NCBI GenBank assembly: GCA_009914755.4
Contig: CP068257.2
Coordinates: 32,864,001 to 32,928,000, forward strand
Direction: 5' to 3'
DNA from: the human T2T-CHM13v2.0 reference genome, Homo sapiens
Length of the DNA stretch: 64,000 nucleotides
The notes under the pieces were generated by a model that made no database searches, was not told the DNA's origin, and was given only the letters and a program-made list of their open reading frames with translations. This document shows positions 44,001 through 56,416 of the stretch, one piece after another. The translations under genes were made by a program, and so were the position numbers. Every line of letters starts with the position of its first letter. Position 1 is the stretch's first letter.

Positions 44001-45227
44001 TCCCCACCTCTCTTGAGCACGGGCAAGTTTCTGGCAAAAGTGTGTCTTCGTACATTTGGAATTTTGTATGACCTCATCAATAGGCACTGTGACCCACTGT
44101 TTAGTTTTGAAGTTATGATTCAGAATTTGGGAGAGATGACTTTGAAGAATATTTTTAGAATACAGGTTCAGGGCTTAGGACCAGAACAAAAGAGAATTCA
44201 CATTATCTTTAAAATCTAGATTACTATGATGCCTTTCTCTTATAAAAGAATCTTATTTGTTCTAATAACTGATACCTAGTTATTATAGCTTTTGGATGGC
44301 ATCTCTACTTCATTTAAAAAATAGTGATTTTACTCACATAAGGCTCATGTTAAGTGAACTCACTTTGTAGTACTTTAAAAACATAGAATGTGCTCTGCAA
44401 TCTAGTCCAAACACTATGGTGCGAGCCCATAAGCATTATATACAATTATGGAGTTACATTTGATTTTTTTTAAAAAAAGAAACCTTCGCATGTCCCAATA
44501 TGGCTTTGGATATAAAGCATATAACACCACCAGGCACAAATACCACCCCTCAAATAGAGCATACAGGATTCATTCCTATACAGTATTATTAAAGCTCAAT
44601 TAGCCGGATAGCTGCTGATGAAAAAACTTACATTTTAATCAAATGAAGAAGAAAAGTGTAGTGATTAAAATGATTATATTAATCACCATCAAAGAGAGCT
44701 GCTGCCCAGGAGGCACACTGATCTCACACTTAATTTCTCCAGTTTTATTATTTGCTCTGGCGGCATTTTCTCTTGTTAGAGAAATCTGGGAGCTTGAGGC
44801 CAGGCCCTCATAATTACTACAAACATACAAATATCTTTATGACATTTATTTCCTAAGACGAAATGAAATTATTCACAACACTGGCTGCAAAAGTAAAACA
44901 CTATTCACTGTCAGAAGAGGCCTCTTTCTGAAAAGTTCACTTACAACATACACAGAATGAAAAACACACGATGCCCCAACTCTCGCCTTCCTAGTGAGTT
45001 GGTTCAGGGGCCTGGATGTTGTCAAATATTGAGATCTTTAGAAATTCCTTCCTCAGTTAATTCCTCAGGCAACAGCTTTTGATTTTCAAGGCTCGAAAGA
45101 CTTTGGATTTCTTTCAAAACCCCCAAACCCACAAGAGAGCCACATTCTCCCAAGTATTCAGTTAATAGTCCCAGTTAGCATAATGCTTTGAAAACTAAAG
45201 AAAATCACGTTATATTAGAAGCCTTAC

Positions 45228-45314
45228 CCTGGTTTCACTTTCGCTGAAGATATCACTGTTTGCCACACAGGCAATCAGGGAGCTAAAACTGTAGTTAAAG
45301 TTTCTAAAATGCAT
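45228..45314 (-). CDS. RCAN1: RCAN1 exon 4 coding part, the first exon of the calcineurin-inducible RCAN1.4 isoform (MHFRNFNYSFSSLIACVANSDIFSESETR, 29 codons). The 5'UTR extends upstream on the minus strand to about 45385.
   Basis: The reverse complement of 45228-45314 is ATG CAT TTT AGA AAC TTT AAC TAC AGT TTT AGC TCC CTG ATT GCC TGT GTG GCA AAC AGT GAT ATC TTC AGC GAA AGT GAA ACC AGG|gtaagg. It matches the known N-terminus of RCAN1 isoform 4, and phase 0 joins exon 5 (ETR|AKFE). Confidence 0.92.
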
Positions 45315-46020
45315 CTTGCTTTCTTACAGTGAAAGCGCTACAGACCCACGCAGTCAAGCCCCTAGTGAGATTCCTTTCCAAGAGGCTGTAGGTTCCTTCT
45401 TGAGCTGGTGCTTATAAAGCAGTAAGGGCCAGCCCCCACTCCCTGGGGAAAAAAAAAGTGCAGCTTCCACAGCATCCTGTTTGGACAGCAAATTCCTGAG
45501 TCAAGTCCTGCATGCTTGCAGGCAGACAGGGACAAAGTGTAAGTTTCTACTGGAAAGAGGTGACGTCAACACCTTAGTCATTTTCCCTATGCTAATTAAC
45601 TTTGCTTGGGGAGAATGGAAAAAACAGCTGAGGTTTGCTTCACAGCTGCTTTATCAACCTCTCTTGCAGCATAGTTTCCACTGGTAGTAATTCCATTCAG
45701 CTACTCAGACAACACGCTCCTCGGCCGAATGGGACGACCCTTCTTAAGATGGAAAATGTTACAAAAGAAAAAGGATGAAGGTCTGTGGCAATAAACAGCA
45801 ATTAGACTGTAGGGAAATTTCAAGGCTTTGGGAAACCTGGAAACCAAAGTCCGGGTGACATACTTGATCCCTGGAATTTCCTGAAAACCTCAAAGTTTCA
45901 CTTTGGGGTATTAGAGAAAACATTTTGAAATCTGTCTTGGTCAATAAAAATTTTAAAGGACAAAAAGAGGAATCATTTTGAAGTGTAGTTAAAATTTTTT
46001 TCCCCAGTGACATTTTATTG
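45315..46020 (-). promoter_or_regulatory. RCAN1: RCAN1.4 internal promoter: a TATA box (gctttataagc, plus-strand 45409-45419) and a dense cluster of at least 12 GGAAA/TTTCC NFAT cores. It also holds an NFAT:AP-1 composite (ttcctgagtca, AP-1 TGAGTCA 45497-45503), a perfect CRE TGACGTCA (45561-45568) and a kappaB-like GGAATTTCC (45873-45881).
   Basis: GGAAA/TTTCC cores occur at ~45375, 45446, 45553, 45581, 45617, 45674, 45751, 45812, 45832, 45839, 45877 and 46001. About 1.4 would be expected by chance in 700 bp. The TATA box lies ~95 bp upstream of the ATG. Clustered NFAT sites upstream of RCAN1 exon 4 are established biology. Confidence 0.75.
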
Positions 46021-48313
46021 GATGAATGTCCCAATTTCTACTTGTATCCCACAGTGGAATGGAGCAAACAGAACCTAAAACAATCCTAGGATTTTCATTT
46101 GAAAACTTCATTATTATAATTTGAGAACTGGGGATATGAAACACTTCGATCATTTTCAAAGCACTACTGAATTCAGGCAAAGGATACAAAAACACTAGCC
46201 TTTGAAACTGAGCAATCTAGCCTTTGAAACTGAGCAAAGAAGCATTAACCCATTTATGCCAGAGGTTGCAATTTTTTGAATTTTTGCCATCAGACCTTGG
46301 CAATGACCTTGAGCAATAGGATATAAATAACTCCCACATGCTTAGCGTTCCAATAATGGAACACTAGGCATAAATGGGTTAAGAGGTCCTGCTTAAAGAC
46401 TCATAAACTAAATGTAAAAAAAAAAAAAAAAAGGAAAGGAAGAAGAAATGGAAAGAATGTACACTATAATTGAAAGGGAAGATGCAGGGAAGATGCCTGG
46501 TTTGGAGAAGTGCTCTGCGATGCAAGACTGACTCTAGTTCTTTCAAAAGGTTGCAACTCTTGAACCTTCTAAGTATTTTACCAGTTTAGATCCCTATGGC
46601 AGCCTGGGTCCTATGTTCTTCTCACTCTCTCCAATTTTATTATCACCTAAAAGCACTCAAGTTATTTAAGCATTCTCTGATTTAGGGGCACACAGGGACA
46701 GCTCTCAAGCTTCCAGAAGTTAAATGGAATCCTGCCATTCACATTTAAAAATTAACTTCAAAGAATCATTAAAGTCAGCCAATAATTTAAAATACATGCA
46801 AGAGGAAGAAACAAAGCAGGGCATTTAGCCTTCCAAAAAAGGAAAAGCAAAGTCCTTTTGGATGAGTGAGTGTTGCTTAATTTCAACGCACTGTGCCTTG
46901 CTGCCAACTGTAGAGTTATGTAAGAAACCAGTTATGGTGTTTGCTTTGCCAAATTATCCATAACTCCCAACCTGAAAAGACATAAACGCATGTATTCCAA
47001 AAAAGTGTAGAATACTGAACAATGCAACATGCATCAAACACCAAGGGGAAGTGGTCATCCTGGATGATGCTTCGAGAGGGAATGTGTATGCTTGCAGTCC
47101 TGCATTTTCAGTACAGGGAGCCTTTGTCTGTCCAGCAGGCACATGAAGATTGTGGTGGTGGGCAGGAGAGGCTAAGGGGAAACAGAGGTGAGGGCAGCAG
47201 ACACAGTCCTGCATTCCACTCCTCCAGAGGGGCTTGGAACTTCTCTGATGTTCCCTCCCCCTCTCCAACTCTTTGTCTCCCCCTTTTCTCTTCTCCTGGC
47301 ATGCACCTGGGCAAATTCCATTAAAAGGTGATCAGAAGAGACAGAAGAGGCTAATTTAGACACAAGAGGCTGATTTCACTGTCTTCTTTTCTCTTTTAAA
47401 ATCATGACACAAAGTTCCAGCTCAATTTTGTGGGCAAATCTCAAACATCTCTGTTCATCTGAGACAACAGTGTGGGCTCACCCGAATATACAATTTTGAT
47501 TTCGTTATATGGATGGAAAAAAAAAAAAAGAACGGTGAGGTATTTGAAGATTGTTCAACTGTCTTTGCTCATAGAAATGATAAATCTTTCACTAGATTGC
47601 CCAAAAACATGTAATTCTATATCTGCCTTTGAATTGATCGGTTCTATCTATCTGAATTGAATTTAGTAAACTTGAGCACTTCCATTTTTAGATCAGGAGT
47701 AAGAGCCGGTCAAAATGGTGGCTGCCACTTTGTAGGGAGACTGGAATGCATGTTCTCTGGCAAAAAAATCACTGGTTCACAAATTGTACCAGAGCCCTGG
47801 ATCAGGGGGAGGGCACTTAGGATCTGCCACCTTGGTTTTCCTTGGCTAAAATGTGAGAGGTATGGAGCAGATTTGAGTTTCCAAAGTGCGTCTTGCTGAG
47901 TAGCAGGAATCCTTAGTGGCACTTGGACACTCTGGTTGGCCAACAGGGCAAAGCACAGGGTTTCCTGGGACACCTGTCCCTGTACCCATAGGGTAAGACT
48001 GCCTTATGCTCATATCAATGCCTCCTCATCTGCTTATCTGACAATTCTTGCTAAGAGAGTCTGTCTTTGACTGCATGTCTATTATACGTGAACTTGCATT
48101 TCTAAAGGTCCTATGCAAATGAATTTACTTTATAAATAGTGATTCTCCCCACTGAGAATAAAAACGGATCCAAAGCAAGTATTTAAAAAGCTGACTTTCC
48201 TACTTGTATATTCCTTGTGGTTTTGGAGGCAAGTATATTCCTGATTCTTGCTTGCTGGTTGGATGTCAGTGATCTGAAGAAAGCAGAGCAAGACCCACAG
48301 CAAGACCTCTGAT

Positions 48314-48678
48314 ATGGTTGGGCTGTGTCCCCACCAAAATCTCAACTTGAATTGTATCTCCCAGAATTCCCACATATTGTGGGAGGGACCCAGGGGGAGG
48401 TAATTGAATCATGGGGGGCCAGTCTTTCCTGTGCTATTCTCGTGATAGTGAATAAGTCTCACGAGATCTGATGGGTTTATCAGGGGTTTTCACTTTTGCT
48501 TTCTCATCATTTTCCCTTGCTGCCGCCATGTAAGAAGTGTCTTTCACCTCCCGCCGTGATTCTGAGGCCTCCCCAGCCATGTGGAACTGTAAGTCCAATT
48601 AAACCTCTTTTTCTTCCCAGTCTTGGGTATGTCTTGTCTTTATCAGCAGTGTGAAAACGGACTAATATAGTCTCATTA
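48314..48678 (+). mobile_element. Solo LTR of the THE1/MST (MaLR) family in RCAN1 intron 3
   Basis: tgatatggttgggctgtgtccccaccaaaatctcaacttgaattgtatctcccagaattcccacatattgtgggagggacccagggggaggtaattgaatcatggggggccagtctttcctgtgctattctcgtgatagtgaataagtctcacgagatctgatgggtttatcagggg...gccgccatgtaagaagtgtctttcacctcccgccgtgattctgaggcctccccagccatgtggaactgtaagtccaattaaacctctttttcttcccagtcttgggtatgtcttgtctttatcagcagtgtgaaaacggactaatatag. This is near-complete THE1/MST LTR structure (TG...CA-type ends). Confidence 0.9.
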
Positions 48679-49164
48679 GAGCTCTTGAGAAGCATTCTAA
48701 AACCTGCACTCAACATGATAAAACTGAACCCAGAAGTTAAAGTAAATGAATGTTTTAGTCAACTGAGAGCTTTAGAAGTTTTGCATTTCTTCCACTCACA
48801 CCATAAAAATCATAAATGAGTCTTTTTAACCTGCATTTGCCTCCTCTGGCTCCAAACAGTTTCCATTAGGAAGTTTCCATTTTCAGTGAGGAAAAATTAA
48901 GGTTTATGATGAATTCCATCATTCCCATTACAGCATTCTGAAAGCATCATTAGGATGACTTCAGCACATCCATTATGAACTCTAAGGAGTTGACAACTGC
49001 ACCAAGAATGTGCCCCCTGTGAAGCTGTCTGCAACATGAACTGACCAAAGACAGAAACTGAGTTTTGACTTCCAACACTGAGCAAAAAATGAGGCAACTT
49101 GCAAAGGCTCTCTTGTGAATGAAAATGATGACAGTTACATTTTATTTCAGTTTTTTGCTTCTAA

Positions 49165-49463
<299 letters not shown>

Positions 49464-51492
49464 TAGTTTTACTGTTACTTCACATGTGTAACCATTCCCT
49501 ATAGAATGTGGAGCATTGTTCCCCAGCCTAAGTTACTACACAAAAACAAAACAAAACAAAAAACAACCCCACAAGGGTTTGCTCTCTTCCTCATCTTTAC
49601 CACTTTGTGGTCTAAAAGGCATTATTAACTAAGGAGAAGGTTCTTATTCTCAACTTTTAAGAGGGATTAATATCAAATTCAGAGTTGTGGAGAGGATTCA
49701 TCTAGTGATGGTGGCAAAGTGCCTAGCACAATGCCTGAAACACAGGTGGCGGCTAAAGCACATCAGTTGCCTTTCTATTTCCGATTTCATCGATAAAGAT
49801 ATTGAGGTTCAGAGTGGCACACACTATGTTTAGGAGAGCCGGAACTCACTCTGGGCTTTTCATTGCAGATTCCACGCTTGTTCCAAGGAACTATGCCCGC
49901 CTTGGGCCAATGCCCTGTGGTACTGTAGCTCATTTCCCCATCTCTCTGGGTGGTCCAGGGCACCTTGGATGTCCTCCTATGTGCCCTGCAGGTCCACAGA
50001 AAGTCCTGTAGGTTCTCTATCCCATCCTTCACCGTGCATAGTGCTGCAGGTAGGCAGCCCTCAGCAACTGTAATATCTTCCCAACTGGCCTCGCTTGGCC
50101 GGTGTCTTACCACTCCAACATAATGTGCAAGTCTGACACATAAAAATCCCTGATGCTGACCAAGCTCGGTCACGTTCCTCTCCCGCTGTATAAGCTTCAG
50201 TGATAAGCACTGTTCCTGCTGTAGCCCAGGCAGACTGTTCAAGGTCGTCTTGTGTCTTTCTTGTCACATATCCTGCCAGTGCTGCTCTCACTTTTATGTT
50301 CCTCCAAGACAAATGGCTTATATGCCTCAAAACACACTCCCCTCTTCTCTTCCCCAAGTCTCTGCTCGTGCTCTCCCTCTCCCTGGATTATTCCTCCTTT
50401 CTCCCCTTTCCTTTCCTTCCTTAAGATTGAGTGCAGGCATGTCGTTCTCCAGGAAGCCAACAATGACCCCCCGTGTTAAAAAAATATTATTCAATGATGC
50501 CTGCTGAAGCCCGACAAGGCAGACTTTATTCAGGACCACCACGATGGGTATAGAGACCACCACAACCAGGTCTTGCAGTGGGGGCTGGGGGCGGGGGTAG
50601 ATTGAGCTCAACTCCGAATACAGCATGGCCAAGAAGCAGTGTCAGGGTCAGTGGTGGAAAATTACTAAGAGGAGGCATCGGGGTAAAGAGGACTCTGGCT
50701 AAGCTGACCTAATAGGATTCTTGCTGAAGACAGGCCCGGGTGATCAGACATCACCTGACGGATGGTAGAAGATGAAGAACCCAATCAGATATTAAGGGTG
50801 GGGGGGTTCCTGTTAAACTGACTTTGCGGGGTTCTTTGCTAAAACTGGGTTTTATAAGGAAGTGCACAGGTGAGCCTAGGAAAAGGTTCAGAAACCTGAC
50901 CCAAATTTGGCCAAGCAAAAAATGTTTGTCACCCCAAACCCACTCATACCCTTGTCCAAGGTTTGTTCAGCACTCTCCAAACTTCCTACGTCTGTCTCCA
51001 GCACCGTGCTCACTTCAGTAGGTGACCACCTATGTGATGACACCCTGGTTCTAAACGGTGAACCTCCTGACGGCTTGAGCCACATCTTATTCCACTTGAT
51101 AGTCCTGGTGCTGGTACAAAATAGTCTCTCAAAAATGCCAGCTAAAGAAACAAACTGATGTCTTTCTTCCTGTCACTGTCATCCACTGCTTCTACTTTGA
51201 TCACATAGAACTAAAAACTAGTTCCTCTTTGACACAAGAGTCATTCATACATTTGACGACAGATGTCATCTCATTCACATATCCATTCATTTGATCAGCA
51301 AATACTGAATAGCCTTTTACATGATAGATATGATTGTAGATACTCTAGAAAAGAATAGATAAATGAAGTGTAAACCCTGCCACTAAGATGAGTAGAACTT
51401 TGGATAGTTTTCCTGGATCTTACTTTCGAACATTGCAAATTCCAGCCCCCCACTGCCCACCTTATCAGTCTCATTTAAACAAATATTTTTAA

Positions 51493-51827
<335 letters not shown>

Positions 51828-52094
51828 CAAAATATACTTAAATAGGATACACTGAGAAAGCTTTTCCTACCTCTGTCCCTGTCCACTCCATTCTCACTCT
51901 GCCTGTTAGGTGTAACCTCATTTTTTTAAACCATTTTTATTATTTTGGGGTTTTTTTAATCAAATAAAAGCAATTATGATTTTATTTCCCCCACTTTAAG
52001 TAAATAAAAGGTAACATGCTATATTTAAACAAAACAAACCTTCAATGACTTCCCTTTGCTCCTGAAGTTGAACCTAAGCCTTCTGGTTCATATT

Positions 52095-52300
52095 CATTCA
52101 TGCATCCCTCCATTTATTCATTCATTTGTCTAAACACTGTTCTAGGTACTAGGAATTCAAATATGAACAAAACAGACAAAACTCCCCGCCCTCTTGGAGC
52201 TTACATTCCAGATGGGGAAAAAAGACACAAAACAAGATAGATGGGTACAATCCACAGTATGTTTAGACAGCCTTGAGTGTGGGCAACAGAGCAGCGCGGA
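52095..52300 (-). mobile_element. MIR SINE (antisense)
   Basis: ttcattcatgcatccctccatttattcattcatttgtctaaacactgttctaggtactaggaattcaaatatgaacaaaacagacaaaactccccgccctcttggagcttacattccagatgggg is the reverse complement of the MIR 3' core (...cactgtgctaggcactggggatacagcagtgaacaaaacagacaaaaatccctgccctcatggagcttacattctagtggggg...). Confidence 0.75.
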
Positions 52301-55300
52301 GGGGCAGAAAAGCTGGAAAAGTGGTGAAAGCAAGCCCAGCCAGGGAAGGCATCCTTGAGAAGGGGACATGCGAGTGCGTGAGGACCTGAAGCAGGTAGGG
52401 GAGTGAACTGTTGGATGCTGGGGAACAGCATTCTGGCCCAGGGAACAGCAGGTGTGGAGGCCCTGAGGCAGGAGAATCTGGCACGCTGCAAGCCCAGCAA
52501 GGAGGCTCAGGGTGGCTGTGGAGGAGGGTCATGGAGAAAGTGGTTGGGAATGAGGACAAGAGAGACCTTTAGCCATTGGAAGGACCCTGGCTTGTATTCT
52601 ACAGAAGTGGGAGCCATAAGGGGGTTTGAGCAAAGGTTAGCATGGTCTGTTATGACATGATTTCCATATTACAGAAGTACTCTGGTTTCTGTGTTCAGAA
52701 TACAGCGAAGGGGCGAGGGGGAAGCAAGGTACCCATGAGGAGACAGCTGGGGTAGGCAGGGCAGTGGGAGCTTCTTCTCCAACCATGTGTCCATACCTCC
52801 TCCAGGGACCCCCTCTGCAGTACCCACTTTCTAAAGCTCCTCAGCCAGCTCCTCCCTGTCTCATTCCTGCCTGTTGAACTCTTGTTCATCCTTTAAAGCC
52901 TATCATTAAGTCCAATTCCTCCAGGAGCTCCCCCATCCCCCGACTAAGTGTTCTTTCCCTCCTGTAACCTGGTGACTCCCACCTCCCGCTGTCACCATAG
53001 TCTGCTTGGCATCATAGTCATGTTGGGACTTGGCAATCTTCATACTACAACAAAAGCTTCATGAGGACAATGTGGCTTATTCTGCAGCTCCCCAGAGATG
53101 TAGACAAAAGCTTGTGCAAGTCAATGACACCAAAATTCAGAGAACTGCACCAGTGGGGGCTCATCTGATGCAAACCAAGAGCCAGAATTCACCAGGGCAT
53201 CAAAAGGCCATGGCTTCTGGTGTGACAGACTGAAGGGCAGCCTTTGTCTGTGGTTTGAGCAAAGGCCAGGCCATTCATTGTGGTCACAGGAGGTGGTGTA
53301 GGGTTGTGATGACATTTCTCACAGGCCTCAGGGGAAGCGCTGTGCTTGAGGGCCACATGTATGCTCTGTGGGTGTCACATTCCCGGATGTGCTTCCTATG
53401 TCCTTGCTGTGGGGGGCCTAGCAGGATGCCAGGCACTGGCCCGCACCATCACATGGAGACTGGGAGGCCCGACCACATGGACACTGCGGAGGGCCAGGAT
53501 TCTTCTTATGGGTACACTGCAGAGATCTCCAGCACCAACCCCATGACAAGAGGAAGAGCAGAGTCAATTGGATGCATGTCCACCTTAAGGACCTGTCTTT
53601 AGGGCATGTTTCATAAAGTATCCAGCATATAGGAGAATTTGTATAGAATTTACAAATAAAATGCTTTACTGGCAGATGTACTAGAAAATCTTCTACCAAG
53701 GAGGTTCATAATCCAAAACATTTGGAGACCATGTGTTTAGGCAATAGTGTGATTAAATTCCCAGTTTTCTTTAGGCTTTTTCATGATAAGCAAGTGTAAG
53801 AAAGAGAACAGAAGAACATTCTTCTTGATATAGTTAAAGGAATTTCTATTTTTGTTCACTTTTAGGGAAATCAGGAAATGGGCTCAGGAGTGTATTTCTC
53901 TTAGTATTGCTTTCTTACTGGTAAAATTTGCTTGGCCACAGGGAAGTGGTATAAAGCAAAACACATAACCTTTTTTTTTTTTTTGATGGGCTTTGAAGGC
54001 GTTAACCAGAATGCCCTGGAGAAAATACGGGAGGTGCTGGTTCTGCAACTACAGAGAATGACAACTAAGAATTCTAAATCTGAAATAATGAAATTGTTTA
54101 AAAAAACACTTTGAAGTTTAATGAGTATTAATTTTCTGTAAGAAAACACAATAACTGATATTAAACTTCAGCCAGGCACAGTTCTGATACTTTGAAAAAA
54201 AAATAAGAAACGCTGAAGTATCTTTTGATACTTTGCCTGAATTACTACAAGAGAGTTTACAAATATGTATTTCTGGGATAACACAGAACTTTTATTCCTT
54301 AGATAAAAAATCTGAGTGGCTGATTTATGCCAGTGACCAAAATGATGGCTGCAATTATGCCTGCTCTATATTCATGTTGTTAAAGGTGAAAATGCTAAAG
54401 ACTTTTTTTTTAGCAGAATGGTGATCATGATCTGTTAACACAGTAGAAACAAAAAAAAATCCAAGTATAAAGAAAAAAAAAGAATAAAAAAGAAAAGAAA
54501 AAAATAAAATAATTGGGAAAAACAGGGAGGAAGAGTGTGTACAAATGTACATCTTAAGACTGAGGTCACAGTTCATACTAGATTTCATCTTGTTTGTTAA
54601 ATTCCATGTGCGCTCAGAATTCCATTAACTCTTATTCCGTATTGCCTCAATCTTTCCTTAATATGTAAAGGTTAACCACCCCACTGTAACTTCTTGGAAA
54701 CGCACTGCTTGCAATGTTTAAGATGAAAAAATAGCCATAGGCAAATCAAAACTCTACTTAATGACTTGGAGACCAGCAGATGAGGATTAGGGGAGGCAAC
54801 ATTTATTTGGAGATTACTGGGGCCAAAGCCACCCTAATTAATTACCCTTTATTTGTTCTCTCTTTCCAGAGCCACCTTGCTTTAATTACTGACTTTAATT
54901 TCTGCTTTGATGCCATTCTCAGCCAGGGGCACAGCACTGCAGCAGCAAAAACCTGGGGAAGAACAATCACCCAGGAGTGGGCTGGCTGTGGTCACTCAGG
55001 CCCAGGGAACACCAGTGTCTGGTTAGCCCTCATCCCTGCGCTAAGCAGCTTTCACAACCCCACGGCTGGTTCATTCTCAACAAGTCAGTCCTTCACACGC
55101 AAAGTAGGAATTCTACTTTCCAGGGTTAATGCTGCCTGGAAAACCTTTTCCTTCCGCTGCAGCATTCCATACTCTCCTTAGAGGAGATGATTCTCCCAGG
55201 GAGGCTGGCGCAGTGAGGGGTCCAGGCACACACCACGCCGGCACCTGGTGAATAGCTGGCTGAATGTCAGCGGAGGAGTAAAGGTGAGAGGGTCATGGAG

Positions 55301-56395
55301 GGAAGGGGAAAAAAATGAGCAAGATCAAAATCTGCAACTCTTCAATAAAGACAGAAAACCCAGTTCTGAATGGCTTCGCTAAAGATCGTTTGTATCCACA
55401 CCCAGTTTCAAAACTCAAGAGGCAGGTCAGAAATGGTTTTCTGTTGTTGGTTTGTTTTTTCTTTTTCACCAAGTGCTGGGAGAAAAGTGAGTTATGTGCT
55501 CTTACCTGCTATTTCCATTACCATACACACACCCTGTTTCCATGTCTGCAGTTGAGAAGTCCCAACAGGGCACTGCAAACGCTTTCTTTCTGCATTTGGC
55601 CTGCATTCTTTGCTGATGACTTAAAAGCCTGATAACAAGTCACACGAGGAAGCATGTCCTGTCATCTTCATGAAGGTCACCAATGATTCAAAACATACTG
55701 AAGGAACAATAAACTACATACAAAGAACAAGCAAGACCCCACCACAACTTGGATATTATCTCTGTCCACCCAAAGAGAGAACAACTGTGCCAACCTGGTT
55801 CATCAGGAAAATCTAGGTGTTCCCGTCAAGTGACTAAAATGTGGGCACACATCTTTGCACCGAGTATCTGATTCCTAAGAGCTGTTCCCTTTCCACCAGG
55901 CCTAGAATGGCCCAGTTAGTTTTCTCCTGGTGAACTGTAGCACATTAACATTGACGGAAAATTAGTTGTTAATATTGAAAAATTGGGAGGTGTCACACAG
56001 AAATAGAACTTCTGACTTCTTTTTGGTGGTGGTGGCCCGGGGAGATGTGGCCACCCTGGGCCCAGAGCTCCATTTCACTGTGGCCAAGCAGATGCCCCTT
56101 GTTGGGGAACCCATGCTCTTCAAATACCCCAGGCCTCATCACTGTCTGTGGTCTACTCGCCCCTCCACCAATGATGGCTGCTGGCTGACCAGCCCCCAGG
56201 GCATTTCAATTTGTGGCTTAATTTGGTAATTCATCAAAAACAGATTAGTCACCTGCTAGGGCCAGCCATGGTGTGAGGTGCCAGGCGTACAGGCAGAGAA
56301 GTTTACCCAGCTCTGGGGCTCAAGCTGTTCTATGCCTAACAATTTACACCGAATTATACATGGAGAGGGCATGGCCCTCACTCCCACATGGTAAT

Positions 56396-56416
56396 TGTGT
56401 GTGTGTGTGTGTACTT
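56396..56416. repeat. (GT)10 microsatellite
   Basis: tgtgtgtgtgtgtgtgtgtac. Confidence 0.9.

Noticed and set aside
43527-44087. 186-aa minus-strand ORF overlapping the intron-4 CpG patch
   Set aside because: No splice-compatible boundaries and no similarity to RCAN1 or any protein I recognise. The GC-richness of the CpG patch depletes stop codons. I kept the CpG patch itself as a regulatory candidate.
49780-51100. Region with several overlapping 70-150 aa ORFs on both strands and moderately retained CpGs; considered as ERV interior, SVA or unannotated exon
   Set aside because: I could not match it to any retroviral gag/pol/env motif or to SVA structure. A ctccctctccctgg stretch at ~50370 is too short to be the SVA hexamer array, and there is no Alu-like or SINE-R part. 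CpG obs/exp is only ~0.35. The ORFs overlap each other in different frames, so this is most likely unique non-coding intronic sequence.
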